NCBI GenBank assembly: GCA_054600435.1 | Contig: BAAIJX010000007.1 | Coordinates: 62,001 to 126,000 of the forward strand | Source of the DNA: Neophaeotheca triangularis | Lineage: Eukaryota | Length of the DNA stretch: 64,000 nt | Reading direction: 5' to 3' | Part shown: piece by piece, positions 10,581 to 24,252 of the stretch | How the letters are laid out: each line of letters opens with the position of its first letter | Position numbering within the stretch: the stretch's first letter is position 1 | Translations under genes and position numbers: made by a program | The notes under the pieces: generated by a model | The model's input: the letters and a program-made list of their open reading frames with translations, nothing else | What the model was told of the DNA's origin: nothing | The model's database searches: none

Positions 10581-13500
10581 AAAATGTAGAGACAGCCTAG
10601 GCAGACAGTATGCGACTAAAGGCGCTAAGGCACTCTATAGCCCTAGGGGTTTAAGCACTGTCGCTTAGTAATACCCTTCCCCCCGAGTTATTAGATCCTA
10701 GGCGTTAAAGTAGTGTCGGTAGGTAAGGATCATGTAGCTACTTAGGCGTCGTCGAGTGTTACGTAGCCTTGACATATACCTACTTATAGTAAGTTAGTTG
10801 CTCTAATATAGACACCTATAACAATATAGCTCTAATAAGATAGCTAGAATACGGCGTAAGGATAGGGGAGCTGACCTACCTAGCACTAGTACTAAGCGGA
10901 ATATCGACTAAGTAGACCCTTAAGCAAAAGAAGAAGCTAAGTTTTCAGCATACCTTACTAAATAGAAGAAAGCTAAGCGAGACGACGGCTTTACTAGGAG
11001 GGCTAATCTTACGGAGGAGACTACCGGCTAGAGTGACCAAGAGCGCTTCGAAGCCGCTATACTAACTCTAGAGGATAAGAAGGCGAAGCGCGTAGCTAAG
11101 TTAAAGGAGAAAGGCGAGCTCGTTCTATGCCTACCGGACTACGGGGTTTACGTCCTTAAGAAGGACAGCTCTAGCGAGGGTATACTAGGCATCGCGGGTT
11201 ACCTTAACTGTCCTACGACGGCCGTAGTATGGTAGCGCTTCGTCGACGATCCGGCGGTAGAGGCGATCTTAAAGGGCCTACACGAGGAAAGCTTAGTAAG
11301 TCTACATCCGGTCCTCTAGGCTTTAAGCTCGCACATGGCGTATAACATGGCGCCGGTGTTATTCTTTAGATATTAAATGTAGGTACCTAGTAAAAGATCT
11401 GCTAGTTAGCGGATCTTCGCTATTTTTAGCCACAAGAAAACTGCCGATTAGCGAATCCTTTAATAGTCGTTTTAAAAGGATCTACTAGTCGGCATGTCTT
11501 TACTAGCTCTTCGTACTTCGAAGACTATCCGATAAAATCCCTACGACCGCGTCACATGTAGAGCTAGCGTAGGAGGATGCAACTATATACTGACTAATGC
11601 TATCTGTCGTAGAAGGCGAACGCCTACGGTATAGTGATTAAAGAAAAGGCCGGTAGCTTCGTGGCGCTAACGTTCGTGAAGACAGACTTCTTCGCTAACC
11701 TAAAGTAAGGCCGGTTCTAGGCTTATGACGTCGCTAGTGATACGAGCCCGCTATTAGACAGATACCCTGCTAGCTCGACGTTACGAATACACCTCTACTA
11801 GCTAAGGGCCGCCGTTAAAATGATTAAAGCGGTGCCTATCTCGTTTATAGGCGCGGCGGCAATAAAGGGCAGAAAGTATGTTAAAGGCCTAGACATTAAA
11901 GCGGAGGACCTACACCGTTTCATCGTCTACTTTACGAAGTTCTACATCCGTAAGGTAGTGGAAAAGAGCTACGGTAAGAAGGCGCGGACGGTCGCATTCG
12001 CTAACCTACCTATCTTCTACCTCCTAGGCGAGTAATAGGCTAATACGGATAAGTAAGCCGCGTAAAATCATTACGCATTCGACAATTTGTTTAACTAGAC
12101 TATTCCCTCCGAGCACCTACTACGTTAGTTCGGCGACCGCTATAGCGAAACAGAGGGCGGCGACGGTAAAGGTAATGGCGGTAGCGGCGACGATACCGAC
12201 TTCGAGGAAAGCCCTAGGCTAGGCGGCGCCGCACTACGTTAGAGTTTGCCGCATCTCGAAGGGAAGGACTTGTCTCGATTACTCGGTTTCTTCGCCGACG
12301 GGGTTAATTATCTTTACGGCTCGAGGGAGAGGGGCAACCGTTTCTTTATACCCCCGTTAGAAAGTGTGCGTTTGTAAAGCGGTACGGTAACAGAAACGGA
12401 AAAGGCTCGCGAGGCTTCGAACGCACTTACCTATAGCGAGAGGCTCGCCTTTAACTAGGAGGAGTTTGCTAAACTATAACAGCGCGCTAACACGTGCTCT
12501 ACGGTAGCGCCCGACTAGGAAGACGCCGTGAATACGCTAGGCCTAAAGGTCTAGGAGCTCGATGAAGGAGAAATCGATTTGCTGACGCGACAAAACTTTC
12601 GAGTATCCTACCGCGGGCTATAACTTATACTATAGTAACCGTAGTCGTCCGCGTATATATACCGTATAATTAACGGCCCCCTTAGAGCGTGTATTAACAC
12701 CGACGACATAGGACTCGGTAAGACTATATCGACGCTCGTTACCGTAGTGTAGCGGTCTATAGACGTTCACTCTAGCCTCTAAGGATACTAGAACAAATAC
12801 TAGAGCCTAGTCGAGAGAGTACGGCGCGAGTAGGTAGTCGATTCGTCACAATCCGCAGATAGGGAAGATAAGAGCGACCCGAGCGACGAGAGGCTTATTA
12901 GTATAGTAGGACTAGAAGGCGCCGCTACTAACCTAGGCTATAAGCCGACACATAAGCTAGTACTTATCGTAGTGCCCCCGTCTACACTTAGCGCTTAGAC
13001 ACATTATGCCGCAAGGTACTTTTAAAATCGAGAACAGCGTATAAACATCACTATACGCACGTTCTTCGGCGTTAGCGGCGTAAAAGCTACCTCCCTCGAG
13101 CGGTAGTTGTCCGTCGGCACTACGGCGAGCGAGCTCTAGAGTTATTACGCTAGCCTCGACCCTAGCGACGATACTACAAGTCGAACGTGTATCCTAACGA
13201 CTTTTCGAAGCTTCTCGAGCCGCTGTCTAGATGCTTAAAGATCGGGGTTGTTAGACGGAGACGTTATAATGGAAGATTCGCCTAACGAAGTCGTAGAGGA
13301 AGTCCTTAACAGCGACGAGGAAGGACAAGAGTATGACGACTTGCTCGAGACGTAAGCCTACGAGCCCGACGAGGACGACGCCGACGCCCTTTAGAAGGTG
13401 CAATTCTCTACGCTTAGAATAGCTGCGGACACGTTTTCCTTACTAGTCGTTAACGAGGCTTATTAGGTCAAGAACCGCGTAAGCCTATAGACCGCCGCTT

Positions 13501-15868
13501 TATACAAGCTAGAATGTCGCGCCACGATACTCTATACCGCTACGCCGTACATTAACTCCGTGTATAATATGTACGGACTACTACGGTTTATGTAGAAGGG
13601 TATCGAAGGTCGCTTTAGCGGCTATTCCGCCGAGAGGCCTAACCGCGCCGCTTACGTCGAGCTCCTTAACAGCCTAACGAACAAGTACCGTCGTAGTATG
13701 TTTATAGTCCCGCCGGAGCACCTAGACACCTATCTTATAGCTCTCGATCCCGAGAATTTCAAGTCGCTACTAGGCGCCGGCGTTAGCGCGGTCGACATAG
13801 ACGTGAGCCACGACATAGTACGCTTACCCATAATGCTCACTTGTCTCCGCCGCGTAATAGGTAACAAGTTATAGGTAGCCGGCCGTAGCATTAGACTAGG
13901 CGCGGACATCCCGCCCTTCGAGGTTATCGTTATAGAGCTCCGCTAGGGCGACGCGGAATCGTCGTTATACGGGGCGGCGTACGAGGCGTGCTTTAGGGGA
14001 TCTAGTAGCGGGCTAAAGCGATCGTACGAGGAAGAGGGTCGACGTGCTATAGGCAGGCGCCGTAGGCTATAGCACGCCGCATTTAACCCGGCTTCCGATT
14101 AAATGTACATACGAAACATCGAAATAGGACCCGACACGATTTAGAAGATTACGAAGTAAGGACTCGACAGGTTCTTACTCTACTATAGCTAGACTAAAGG
14201 CAACCTCCACTATCATTTACTAGAGTCACGTATTACAATAGCGCTTTATGTTATAGGCGACTCTTATAAGATGCAAGCCGTGTACGCCGAACTTCTCTAA
14301 GTAGTTATTAGGGAAGACCGCAAAATGCTCCTATATGCGGAGTGGCCATTAAACCTCGAGCTACTAGAGTTGTTACTTTACATACTCGAAATCGAACACC
14401 TTTCTATCCGAGCGGGCGTTAAGGCTAGTAAAAGGATAGAGGCAGAAAACGAGTACAATAGTAACCCCGTAGTCAAGGTCCTCGTCTACTCTTCTAGATC
14501 GGCCGTAGAGTCGCTTAATTTGCAAAAGGGCGGCCACTACATTATAGTAGTAGATGTCATCCTAATTATAACGCTTATGCAGATTATTAGGAGGGGGTTC
14601 CGTGTCGGCTAGTCTTACCCGCAGACTATTAAGCTACTTACGGTTAACGAGACCTACGACTAATACCTCTTATATAGATACGTCGCCAACTATAGCGCCT
14701 AGCTAGCTGCTATATCCACTATCGAATTACCTAAGGCTGCCGTTAAAAGAGCTTGCCGTTAAGCCGACGAGCGCGATAGGCGCGGGCACTAAGGGGAACC
14801 GTCGGATTACGCCGAATACCTTAACAAAGCCTTACGGGAAGCGTTCGTAGGAGGCCTCGTATGTTGTATGCTAGGTATACGTTCGAACCGCGCCGACGAT
14901 TAGGGTGACGTGCGTAACGTGCGTAAGAAAAACTTGCTTCTAGAAGAGCGCCTCTTCCGCCTAGTAATAGGCGGGCCGGTAGCCACCGAGCTACTCCGTT
15001 AAATTTAGGAGAACAATTCTACTAAGTCCGTAGAGCTAGGCGACACGGTGCCTACGTTCTAGGCTAGCGTTTTCTCCGCCGCCATAGTTATACGTAGGGC
15101 TAATAGAGAGTCGTTTTTAGAAGGCAGCTACGTTCGCGCCTTAATTACTACGGCCCGGGACATAGCGGCGACCCGTGAATTCGCCCTAAACGCCGTTAGC
15201 GCGACCGACTACCTCGTTACTACTAAAGGCTAGGTAGAGACACCGTCGCCTTATCTGTACACGGTAATTAACCGCCTAGCGGGCGCGGAACAGTCCGGTT
15301 TAGCGTCTAGCTTAGATAGTCTAAATGTAGGCGGACAAGACGAACTATAATACGAAGCCTCGCGTACGGAGGATAGGCTACGGGTAGAGGCTATATGCTA
15401 GAGCGCGCTAGGTAGGAATTCCCCCTACTAACGCCGCTAGACCGCGCTAACTATATATAGACGGTAACGAAGCGTTAGTAGACAGCCTAACGAGGCAGGA
15501 GGATGTTCATAGTACGTTTCCGTTAACGTCGTGAAGGTGGATATGTGTTTTAATGCTGATAGAAAGTAGTTCCTTAAAGCGTAGACGAGTTGACCGACGA
15601 TTAAAGTCGAGCCTACTAGGAATGCCTTAGCGTGGTGAAAAACTTTTATTCGAGGTAGGGTATAGTAGCATTTACTAGGCAGGAATTTAAGGGAGAGGTC
15701 GACGCTAGCAAACGGCGCGACACGGTCGAAGTCGGCATGGCATTCTTATAGGTCGAGAAGGAGATCCGCGAAGGCAAGGCACATATTCTAGACTAGGCCA
15801 AGTATTCTAGGCAAGAGAAAGCATTGTGGGAGAAATGCTAGCGAGCAATTGAAAGTCCGAAAGAGTGA
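10574..15868 (+). pseudogene. SNF2/SWI2-family (SF2) helicase-ATPase, RIP-inactivated
   Basis: Motif I CINTDDIGLGKT (~12690-12725), Ia LIVVPPSTL (~12960-12990), II LVVNEAY*VKN (=DEAHQVKN after RIP reversion, ~13443-13475), III TATP (~13535), HELICc with ESLNLQ and motif VI QIIRRGFRVG* (=QIIGRGFRVGQ, ~14580-14612); probable introns ~11379-11611 and ~15512-15561. Confidence 0.9.
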
Positions 15869-18800
15869 CGAACGAGAGGGGGTCGGATCGAGGTAGAAGT
15901 AGAGGTTACACTACGGAGAAACAAACTGTTAGCATCTTCGGCGGTTTATTAGAACAGACGAATCGGCTCTAGGTATGGCTGTTTAAAAGGTAGTAGAAGT
16001 ATTAGGTAGCCTTACTCATTAATATAACCATGGTTTATGTCCGTCTGTTTTAGCGTTAATAGATCCTAGCGGCTTTTCATGATGCAGTAGATAGCACGAG
16101 GCTAATGGTCGAGTCTTAGAAAACTTCGAGGTGTTAGTCGGGGAGAGGCGGGAAGAGTACCTTGAGTTAACGCCTCCCCGACCCCCTTTACTAAGCGTAC
16201 TTAGTACTCGTGTAACCTGCCTTGGCTATTACAAGGTTTCACGCTACTACCTTACATATAGGCAATAAGGGCATATATGAATATAAAGTAGGCAAGAAGC
16301 GCTTTTCTAGTATCTACTATACTATATCCGCCCTAATCGACCCGAAAAAAGTATACTACGTGTTGAATCCTATTAAACAAAGAGCTATGTCTAGCGCTAC
16401 CCTTAATACATTACCTTATAGTAAGTCTTTCGCCCCGTTTTGCCTACCGAGTCTCTAGGACCTAGCCGAACCTCGCCCTCTAGCTCGCTACTATCTAAGC
16501 CCGGCGTTACCTTGCCTCTACAGTTCCGCGCCCGTTAGCTGTACGTGAAAAGACTAGAAGCTATTAGAAGGAAGGGCATGATTAATCGGAGGCCGTGTTA
16601 TCTACGAAGATTAGACAAGGAATGTCGCTATAGCCGGCCGATATACCGCGAGAGAGGTACTTAAGAACAAGAGGACCTCCGTTAGGGCTGCATACTAGGC
16701 GCATAATGACAGTGGGTGTCGTCGTCCGTAGCAAGATGTAAGGTGCCGACTTCGATATTCCTGTTACTATTTACCGGTTTCTTAGTTAACGACCCTAGGC
16801 CTTAAAGTCTGCTACCTTTATCGCTTCTACCTCTACTAGGGGCATCTTCGCCTATAAGATCGACAATCCCCGTCTCGAGAGAGAGACCGTAAGGCTTTAG
16901 GCGAAGGTCGAATTCCGCCCACGATAGTAGCCGAAGAGTCCGTGTCTATCCGTAGTGTTAGCCTAAGGGTCTTTACCTATCTAAGAATGCCGTTCTACAT
17001 GCCTCTTATAGCTAGTAGGGTTTACTTAGTGCTTTGTAGGGGCGTAGTAATCTAGCTCTTTACTCTATTCCTACATTGATTTAAATCGCTAAGTTAAGGA
17101 GTGTTAGCGGCAACGAGTTCAAGAATGTCGACGTAAGAGGCGTTAACTACGATCGACAGAAGTCTTACTATTAGCTCTTGTGTTAGACATCCGCTAGAGG
17201 TGTTTCTAGCGCGCTTCCGATACAAATGCATATTGCTATAACACTATCTCCGAATTGCAGAAATCTTTTAGAAGCACGTTCGGACCTAGGTCGACTAAAA
17301 GAGTTTATAGCCCTCTAGGTACTACCTTATAAAAGCTTACTAACTACTATGCCATTTAGAGCACTACGTTTAAGCTTCCCGTAAACACAAGAGTGCTAGT
17401 TGTGCTGTCTCCCTCCTATACAATCGGAGTAAGTTCATAGTATCTATCTAGATATAAGGCTTAAAAGCGGCCTAGTACTAATCGACAAGGCCGCATTGCT
17501 ATTAGCAATGCCCTTCGACGAAACGTGGGTTTAGAGCGCACTAATGCTCGACGAGCGAGGCGAATTGTTTAAGTACGGCATGAAGTTAAAAGTCGTCCTA
17601 CGGCTCGGGGATAACTAGGTAGCTAGTATTACTTTCGAGGTTTTAGAAGAGGTTAAAGTACCCTTACACGGTATATAGGAGTACGAAGCTCCGGAGAGTA
17701 ACGCGGCCACGGAACGAAGCGACGGTACTACTCGATCTAATAACGGTCTTAACGAGTGCTTCTAGGGTAAAAGGGGGGGCGGGGGGGGTCCGATTTTTAG
17801 GAAAGAGGCTCGTATGTTTGCAAGGGATATGATAGGTCGGCTTAGGCCTTAAGGAGGACGCCGTTATAAGGACCGAGGCTAGCAATAGCACACTGCCTAG
17901 GATTTAGATAGGGTTTAGGTGATGCTACCATTTCTATACTCGTTACGTTTGATTCTCCGCCGGCTAGGTACTATGTAATAAGTTCAAGCCCGGTTTACGT
18001 TAGGTAGCAAAACTTAAGAAGCTAAAACGCAGTAGTGTCTTGCTCTAACACGCGCGTTTATTAGATATACTAGAAATTGTCTAGATACTATCTCGTTACT
18101 ACCCGCTATCGCTAGTTTAGCTACTATAGTCATAGTCTTTAATAGTTATACGGTTCGGATCCACTAAACCACCTTAGCTTCTATCACACTAATACTAAGC
18201 GGGTATTAGTACGGCTCGCCTTTAATAAGAGTGCTATAAGCCTAAGCGTACGAGTAGCGCCCTAACGTCTACATGATTACGAAAATCAAAAGCCCCGGTT
18301 ACTCTCATTAGTTCCTCCTTGTCGCTACTAATCGAGCCCTTAGTACATCTTAATATCTACTATAACAGCTCCTATCGGTAGGAACTTGCCGAGGGTTCTA
18401 TCGAGCTATTTCCGCTATGTTAATGGTTAGCTAGCTAAACGGCGTACTGCTCCTTCGTACCCGGTTTTTCAAGCGCAGTAAATTATCCCCCGTAATGCCG
18501 ATCTTAGAAGCACGGCGCGATCGCTACGTATAGCCTCTAGAGCGCCTAATTGTACGACTAAGAACGTAGACGCTAGCGGCGTTAATACTAGTGTCTAGCG
18601 TAGCGTCGAGTATTCCTAACCTGTAGGGCACTAGGAGAGCTCGATACCGGAAGTCCTAGCTAAAGCCGATACGGAATAGGACGCGAAAGTGCTTACTTGC
18701 GCCTTCGAGGAGTCGTTCTTTGACTATATCGCTATCGAGAATGTAGAGGTATTACGGCGAGGAGTTAGTGACTACGATTGCTTATAAGGATAAATCTAGC

Positions 18801-19496
18801 CGAATAGTGAAGTGGTAACTACTAATGTCTAAGGCCTAAGGTATTACCATTTTAGCTACTCGAGAAGATCTAATCGATACCACTTACCGCCCGAGGAGAT
18901 AGCTCAAGTTAAGTTAAGTAATAGCCGTTCTAGAACGTTTATAGCATTCGAGATGCTTAGGGAGAGATTAGGGCATGAACCGAGCCTACCTATTCGTTCT
19001 TGCTTTAAGAGCTACGTGGAACTCTTGCGACTACGGTAGGATATAAAGGAAGGGCATTATTACTAAGAAGATATAGAAGAAGGCTTTGCGGTTTATCGTA
19101 GCGAGCTATGTTAGCGCATATATAAGTATTAAAGAACAAGATACGTGGGCGGACTACGGCTATACTGTAAATAGGTTGACTCGCCGCTATAGCTAAGTTC
19201 CCTAACCGTAAACTATGATTTAGCTAACTATTCGAGACAAAGTAAGACCGCGGACATGCGAGCGCTACGACTACTAGTCTACTCAGGCTTTTACTTGTCT
19301 AATGCTTACTGTAGACTTCGAGTAGCTCTAAGCTATTCGGGTTAAAGGTAGTGTCGTAGTTTTGCACGGCGCTTCGTTTACACCTAAAGCCACCGAACTA
19401 TAGCCAAAAGAGGTCAAGACAATCCGCTTCGTGGACTAAGCAAGTTAAGACCTTGTCGAGGTTTCGGTTTTACACAACAAATACATGTCCCTTTCT

Positions 19497-20560
19497 TTAT
19501 GCGCCCGGTATCATGTCCGAGTCTTCCGTCTCCCTAAGTAAGGTTTCATCGTCTTGAAATTCGGCCCTCTTCCTTTTCGTTTTCCGCGCAACTCGCTTCT
19601 CTCTAAATCTGCTAGAGGCCCCGGCAAGACGTGATTGCCCTAAGGATGTTCTAGGTTCCGTCGCTTCTATAGAAGGTCGAGGGAAAATGCTATTCAGATC
19701 ATCCCCGTGACATCCCGCTAGTAGGCCTATTAATACCCGGCGAATGATGTCGTAGTAGAGATCCTCTAGGGTTTCTATAGTAAGGGACTTAAGCCGACGA
19801 GCAGCCGAACTAGCGGGATTCTCTTTGTCGTCGACGTGCGGGCCGTCTAGTAGAGGCACTAGATTTCGAAATTTTCCTCGACTCGAGCCCCCTAAAAGCT
19901 AGTATAACTCGGATGTTGTAGTTAGAACGAAGAGCTTTTTGGTAGCGTATAAGACTATCGAATCGGAGTTCGTTCGGAAGACGGGGACATTGCCGTAGGG
20001 GGCGAATTGTATACCGAAAAGCGGTGTACTAGCCGAAGGAGGGTTCATTATAGCGCTACTTTTAAGATATCTACTACGCTAAATGTCTTGCTAAAACGCC
20101 GTTCTCGAAGCGTGCGACCACTTGTACTTAGCGAAGTAGATAGGTGTATACTCTAGCCTTTATCGATGTTAGTAAGACCGCCTCGTAGAGCTTCATATTA
20201 TAGGAACTTACCCCGGAGGACAAGGGCGCCGGGCTTCTAGTACCCTAGAATTAACACCCTACTTACGCTAGGTAAAGCGCGAAGGTTAGTGGAAGAAGAA
20301 GCCGTCCCTATAGTGTGTAGCTAGCTTATTTAGAGCTATGACAAGCAATTCATTCTACGGTAGCGTACGCCTAATGTAGCCGACATCGATGTTATCTACC
20401 CGAAGTTATAGGTGTTTAGTCCTTATATCTCTCTAAAAGAACTTTAGGCTTGCTACGATGTTACGTAGTAAGTAAGTGGACTAATTAACGTCTACAGTGT
20501 CCGTTCTAGGGCTAGAGGTTAACCCCGACATATCGTCGATATAGCAATACTCCTATGATT
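19497..20560 (-). pseudogene. Hypothetical protein, decayed; C-terminal ~120 codons still open
   Basis: ORF 19497-19859 with basic NLS-like KRVARKTKRKR; frame continues upstream through RIP-type stops. No family recognised. Confidence 0.4.
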
Positions 20561-22285
20561 AGAGCGAGGTAGGAGGAAGACCTTATAGTGTTTAAAAGCA
20601 CGACACGTTCAAGACACTATCTGTGAAAGTACCGACACCGTGTCACAATGTGTTTCGAATGGCGGCGCGACTCCTCTATAGCACGAAACAAGACAAGGAC
20701 TAACTAGTTTACTCACTCGCATAATACATAAAAGCATCGTCCTTAGACTGTCGAGTCCGACTCGAGGCAAAGACCCTCTCCCCTTTGCCGCTTTACTAAT
20801 AGACGACTTAAACGTAGTTATTAGTTTTATGTCTATGTTATAGCACTAACAACTAACATTCGGAGCCGTGTACGACTAGCGCTCGAAATGGCAAAGCGCA
20901 TGCGAAAGGTTTTAGTTAGCATTAGGCGGCCCTCCGGCAATCTATTAACATTATGTCCTCTTATTCTCTTAGCTCCTAGGGCAACTAGACCTCTTCGACC
21001 TTATAAGGCTCGTTATACTAGAACTTCGAAGCGCCGGAACTCCCTAGTCGACCTCTTAACTATAGAGCTAAGTACTTAACACCGTCTCCGACATCCGTCA
21101 TTAGGCTCTACGAATCGAGTTAAGAACGCAAGCCGACTTCGATTTACCGCTTTATCTTAGCGAGAAACGTGTATAGCTAGAGGCGGAGATTCACCGCGCT
21201 AGAGTTCTACTCTATTAAGGCGGGAGCTACACTTTACAAGAGTAGAGGGAGATAAGCGAATGGCTAGTAAAGCGTCCGCTAGGCATCGCCTAGCCGATAG
21301 TTAGCGAAGAAACCTCGAGTCCTACTAGAAGGCCTTCGAACGAGGGGAGCGGCAATTAAGGAACTCCCCCGGAGTAAGAGGCTACATCCTCGCGCCTCTT
21401 ATTCTTACGACTGCCCTTAAACGCGATATAATAGTTAGGGCGGATAGCTAGGTAGTAGGAGAACGATTGTCTGTAGAACATCTAAGGGAAGTTAATTTAA
21501 GTAGTGTACCTGAAGGGGACTTGTGTATAAGAACACGTAGAACTAGTTTGCGAGATAGGTCGATTCGTGGAGGCTTATAGGCTAAACCGGGTAGGAGGGT
21601 AGTATCGGCTAAATTAGTTAGGTAGCGGAAGGGTAACCGTCGAGGTGCTTTTACAGCAAGTTCTTAGTAGGCAATATACGTGGTTAGTTAAAGGAATTTA
21701 TGCACGTGCCTTCCTACTAGGTCATGTGCAGATCACGTGATTCTTCTACTCTTGCCTTATGGCTTTATAAATGCCTTAGGCATGAAATTCCCGCCGGACG
21801 GATTCATCTTCTAACGTACAGCTCGGTAGATAGCTCTATCCTATTTAACACTAGATCTACGCCTATAGAACTATAGCCTAGGAATTTCCGCATTACCGGC
21901 TGTAAGAATCCAAGTAAAAAGACCTTACGGTAGGAAAACGCTACATGATATACTTCCCGTGTCTATCTAGTAGGACGAGTATAACAGGACTCTAGTATCT
22001 ACTATGTCTTTAGTCCTAAGTCACGAATCACTTATAAACTTCCCTTGTCCTATTCCGCAAATATCTAGCTTATAAGTTAAGGCCGTTAGGTAGGAGACAA
22101 GTACAAAGGGTTTATTAGTCTTCGTACGATTAGCGCAGTTCTTTCCGTAAAGTTACATTAACAAAATCGAGACCTCCGCCCCTTCTAACCTCCCTAGGCC
22201 CTCGCCCTCGTACTAAGTGAACTGTAGTCGAGATTATACACCCCTCCTAAATCATACTCCGCCCGCCCTTAGACCTACGCTTGCC

Positions 22286-22639
22286 TTAGTCTCCGTCATC
22301 GCTACTGTCGACAACTTTAGTAACCGGTTCGTCCGGAGCATCTTTTTCGTAGTCGAAAATCTCCTTAATGTCGCCTAAGGAATCCTGAAAAGCCGCTAGG
22401 AAGCCCGCTACTCGCTTAATATTAGAGGTATCTAGATATTGCATATCGGCTTTTCGCTTAAGAACCAAATTGCTTAGAACTGTCTTAAGTTTACCGATCG
22501 TTTCGTAGGCTTCTTCGGTTTTAGCGGCGAGTTCTTTAAGTGCTACTAGCATGTCCCGGCAAAGCTTTCTATTAGCCGCTCGATAGGACGCTAGAGGTAG
22601 CTAGAGCGTAGGCGGCCTAGTAGAGGTAGTTTCTTGCAT
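22286..22639 (-). pseudogene. Small helical hypothetical protein
   Basis: ATG at 22639, one TAG, then the open 88-aa ORF MLVALKELAAKTEEAYE... with an acidic tail. Confidence 0.45.
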
Positions 22640-23139
22640 TGTTTGCGTGCGGTAAGGCGTCGTTAGTCGTAGCGGTATATGTAAGGGTGTGTGCTATAGG
22701 GCCTTTATGTGTAGGTAGGTGTACGAGGGTGTAGTAGGGCGTGTAAGTATGTTTAAGTGTGTATGTTGTTAATCCTAGACCCGTGATGAAGTTAAAGAAG
22801 AATGCGATCGTAGCAAAAGGTCGTTTAGATACACATTATTATATAAGGAATCGTTAGGGAAAATCAGGTGCGCTACTAGCGCCTCTATCTAGGTTCTATT
22901 TACGACCTATAAGACATGTAGCTTAGTTATAGAATACAACCGGCCTTTAAAGCAAGATAGGGAAATCAAGCGAAACAGTGTAGTACGGTTACTTGCTACG
23001 CTAAAGTTAGATCTTGTCTAAAACAAGATAGATAGAGCTTTATAGGAAAGGAGAGAAGAAGCTATAACCGTACGAGGTTTCATTCAATTAACGTGCGCTA
23101 ACTTAATGCGTGTTGTTACAATTTGTAAGACCGAATTAA

Positions 23140-24252
23140 AGTAAATGTAAGTCCTCCTGTCAGGCAAACCTCGTCTCTATTAGCGCCTACTAGTCTATTC
23201 CTCTAACTCTTTTAGTTATTCCCGTACTCCTAATCCTCGCCTAGTGTCTACGTCGCTAGGTAAGTCTACATCTTACGGCGACACAGTATTATCTCCTTCT
23301 ATGACTATCGTACTACCCGTCCGGAGCCGCTACGAAGCCTCGGCGATCGTACTATAGACGCCTATAAAGCTAAGGTAGAACGAGGAGCGATCGTAGACCG
23401 GCTTAGCCTAGGGGATAGACCTGTCTAAGGCTAGGAAGGAGACCGGATCGTAGCGCTCGAGAGGTAGTAGATACGGCTCCTAGGCGTTATCGCGGTAAAC
23501 GTTATCGGTTACCCTAAAGCACCCCTCGTTATAGTAAATATCATTGTAGTTACGCGGTACTTGTTAAAGGTAAGGGTAATTAAGCAAGAACTAGTTAAAG
23601 GAAAGCTAGTCCTTAGTCGAGACGATAGTACCGTCGGAGCGTTATACGGCGTAATCGAATCGGATCTATAGGCGCGTGATTCTCCTATCTACTTAAGCCT
23701 AGATTTTCGAGCTTTCGTATTACGTAGAGGGATGCTTACTTAAAGTGTATTAAGAGGCTCTAGCGGTAAAGGCTTACACGAGTAATAGGCCGTCTTCCCT
23801 TCTACTAGCGGCTCCGATTTTGCACACTAGCTAAGTAGTAAAGGCCTCGTCTACATGTCGGTCGGCAAATTCGGGTAGATAGCGGAAGCCGAAGGTAGTG
23901 GCTAGGAAAGGCGGACGCTAGTGTTCGGCGACGAGCAATGCACCTTTACGATCGAGACCGTTCTTTACGCGAATATGTTAGCCCGTAGGATAAGATCTAG
24001 GACATTAATAATACTTGCCTCGAAAACCGTCCTCTCGTACTATAGCTGCCCTATTGACCTAGAACGTTTAACCGACCAGATTATATCCTTCTTCACAAAA
24101 CCTCCGTCGATATATAGCTTTAACAGCAAGTCCGCCAAAATGGTTCTACCGGCGACGATAACTTAGCGCTAAGCTAGCTCCTCGACTATTCCTAGAGGCG
24201 GTAGATACCTAACCGCGATGCCTATCATCTCGTAGTCGTTAAGTGCGTTCAT
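23140..24252 (-). pseudogene. Hypothetical protein, RIP-inactivated
   Basis: MNALNDYEMIGIAVRYLPP... long protein-like frame broken only by TAG/TAA, with one probable intron or frame change. Confidence 0.4.

Noticed and set aside
16200..19400. Additional decayed reading frames here and at ~20700-21600, 24600-25600, 30380-31270, 37100-37900, 39950-40900, 42800-44700, 50400-50830
   Set aside because: Look gene-like (splice signals, RIP-type stops) but frame, strand or family could not be fixed by eye; a cryptic integrase among them cannot be excluded.
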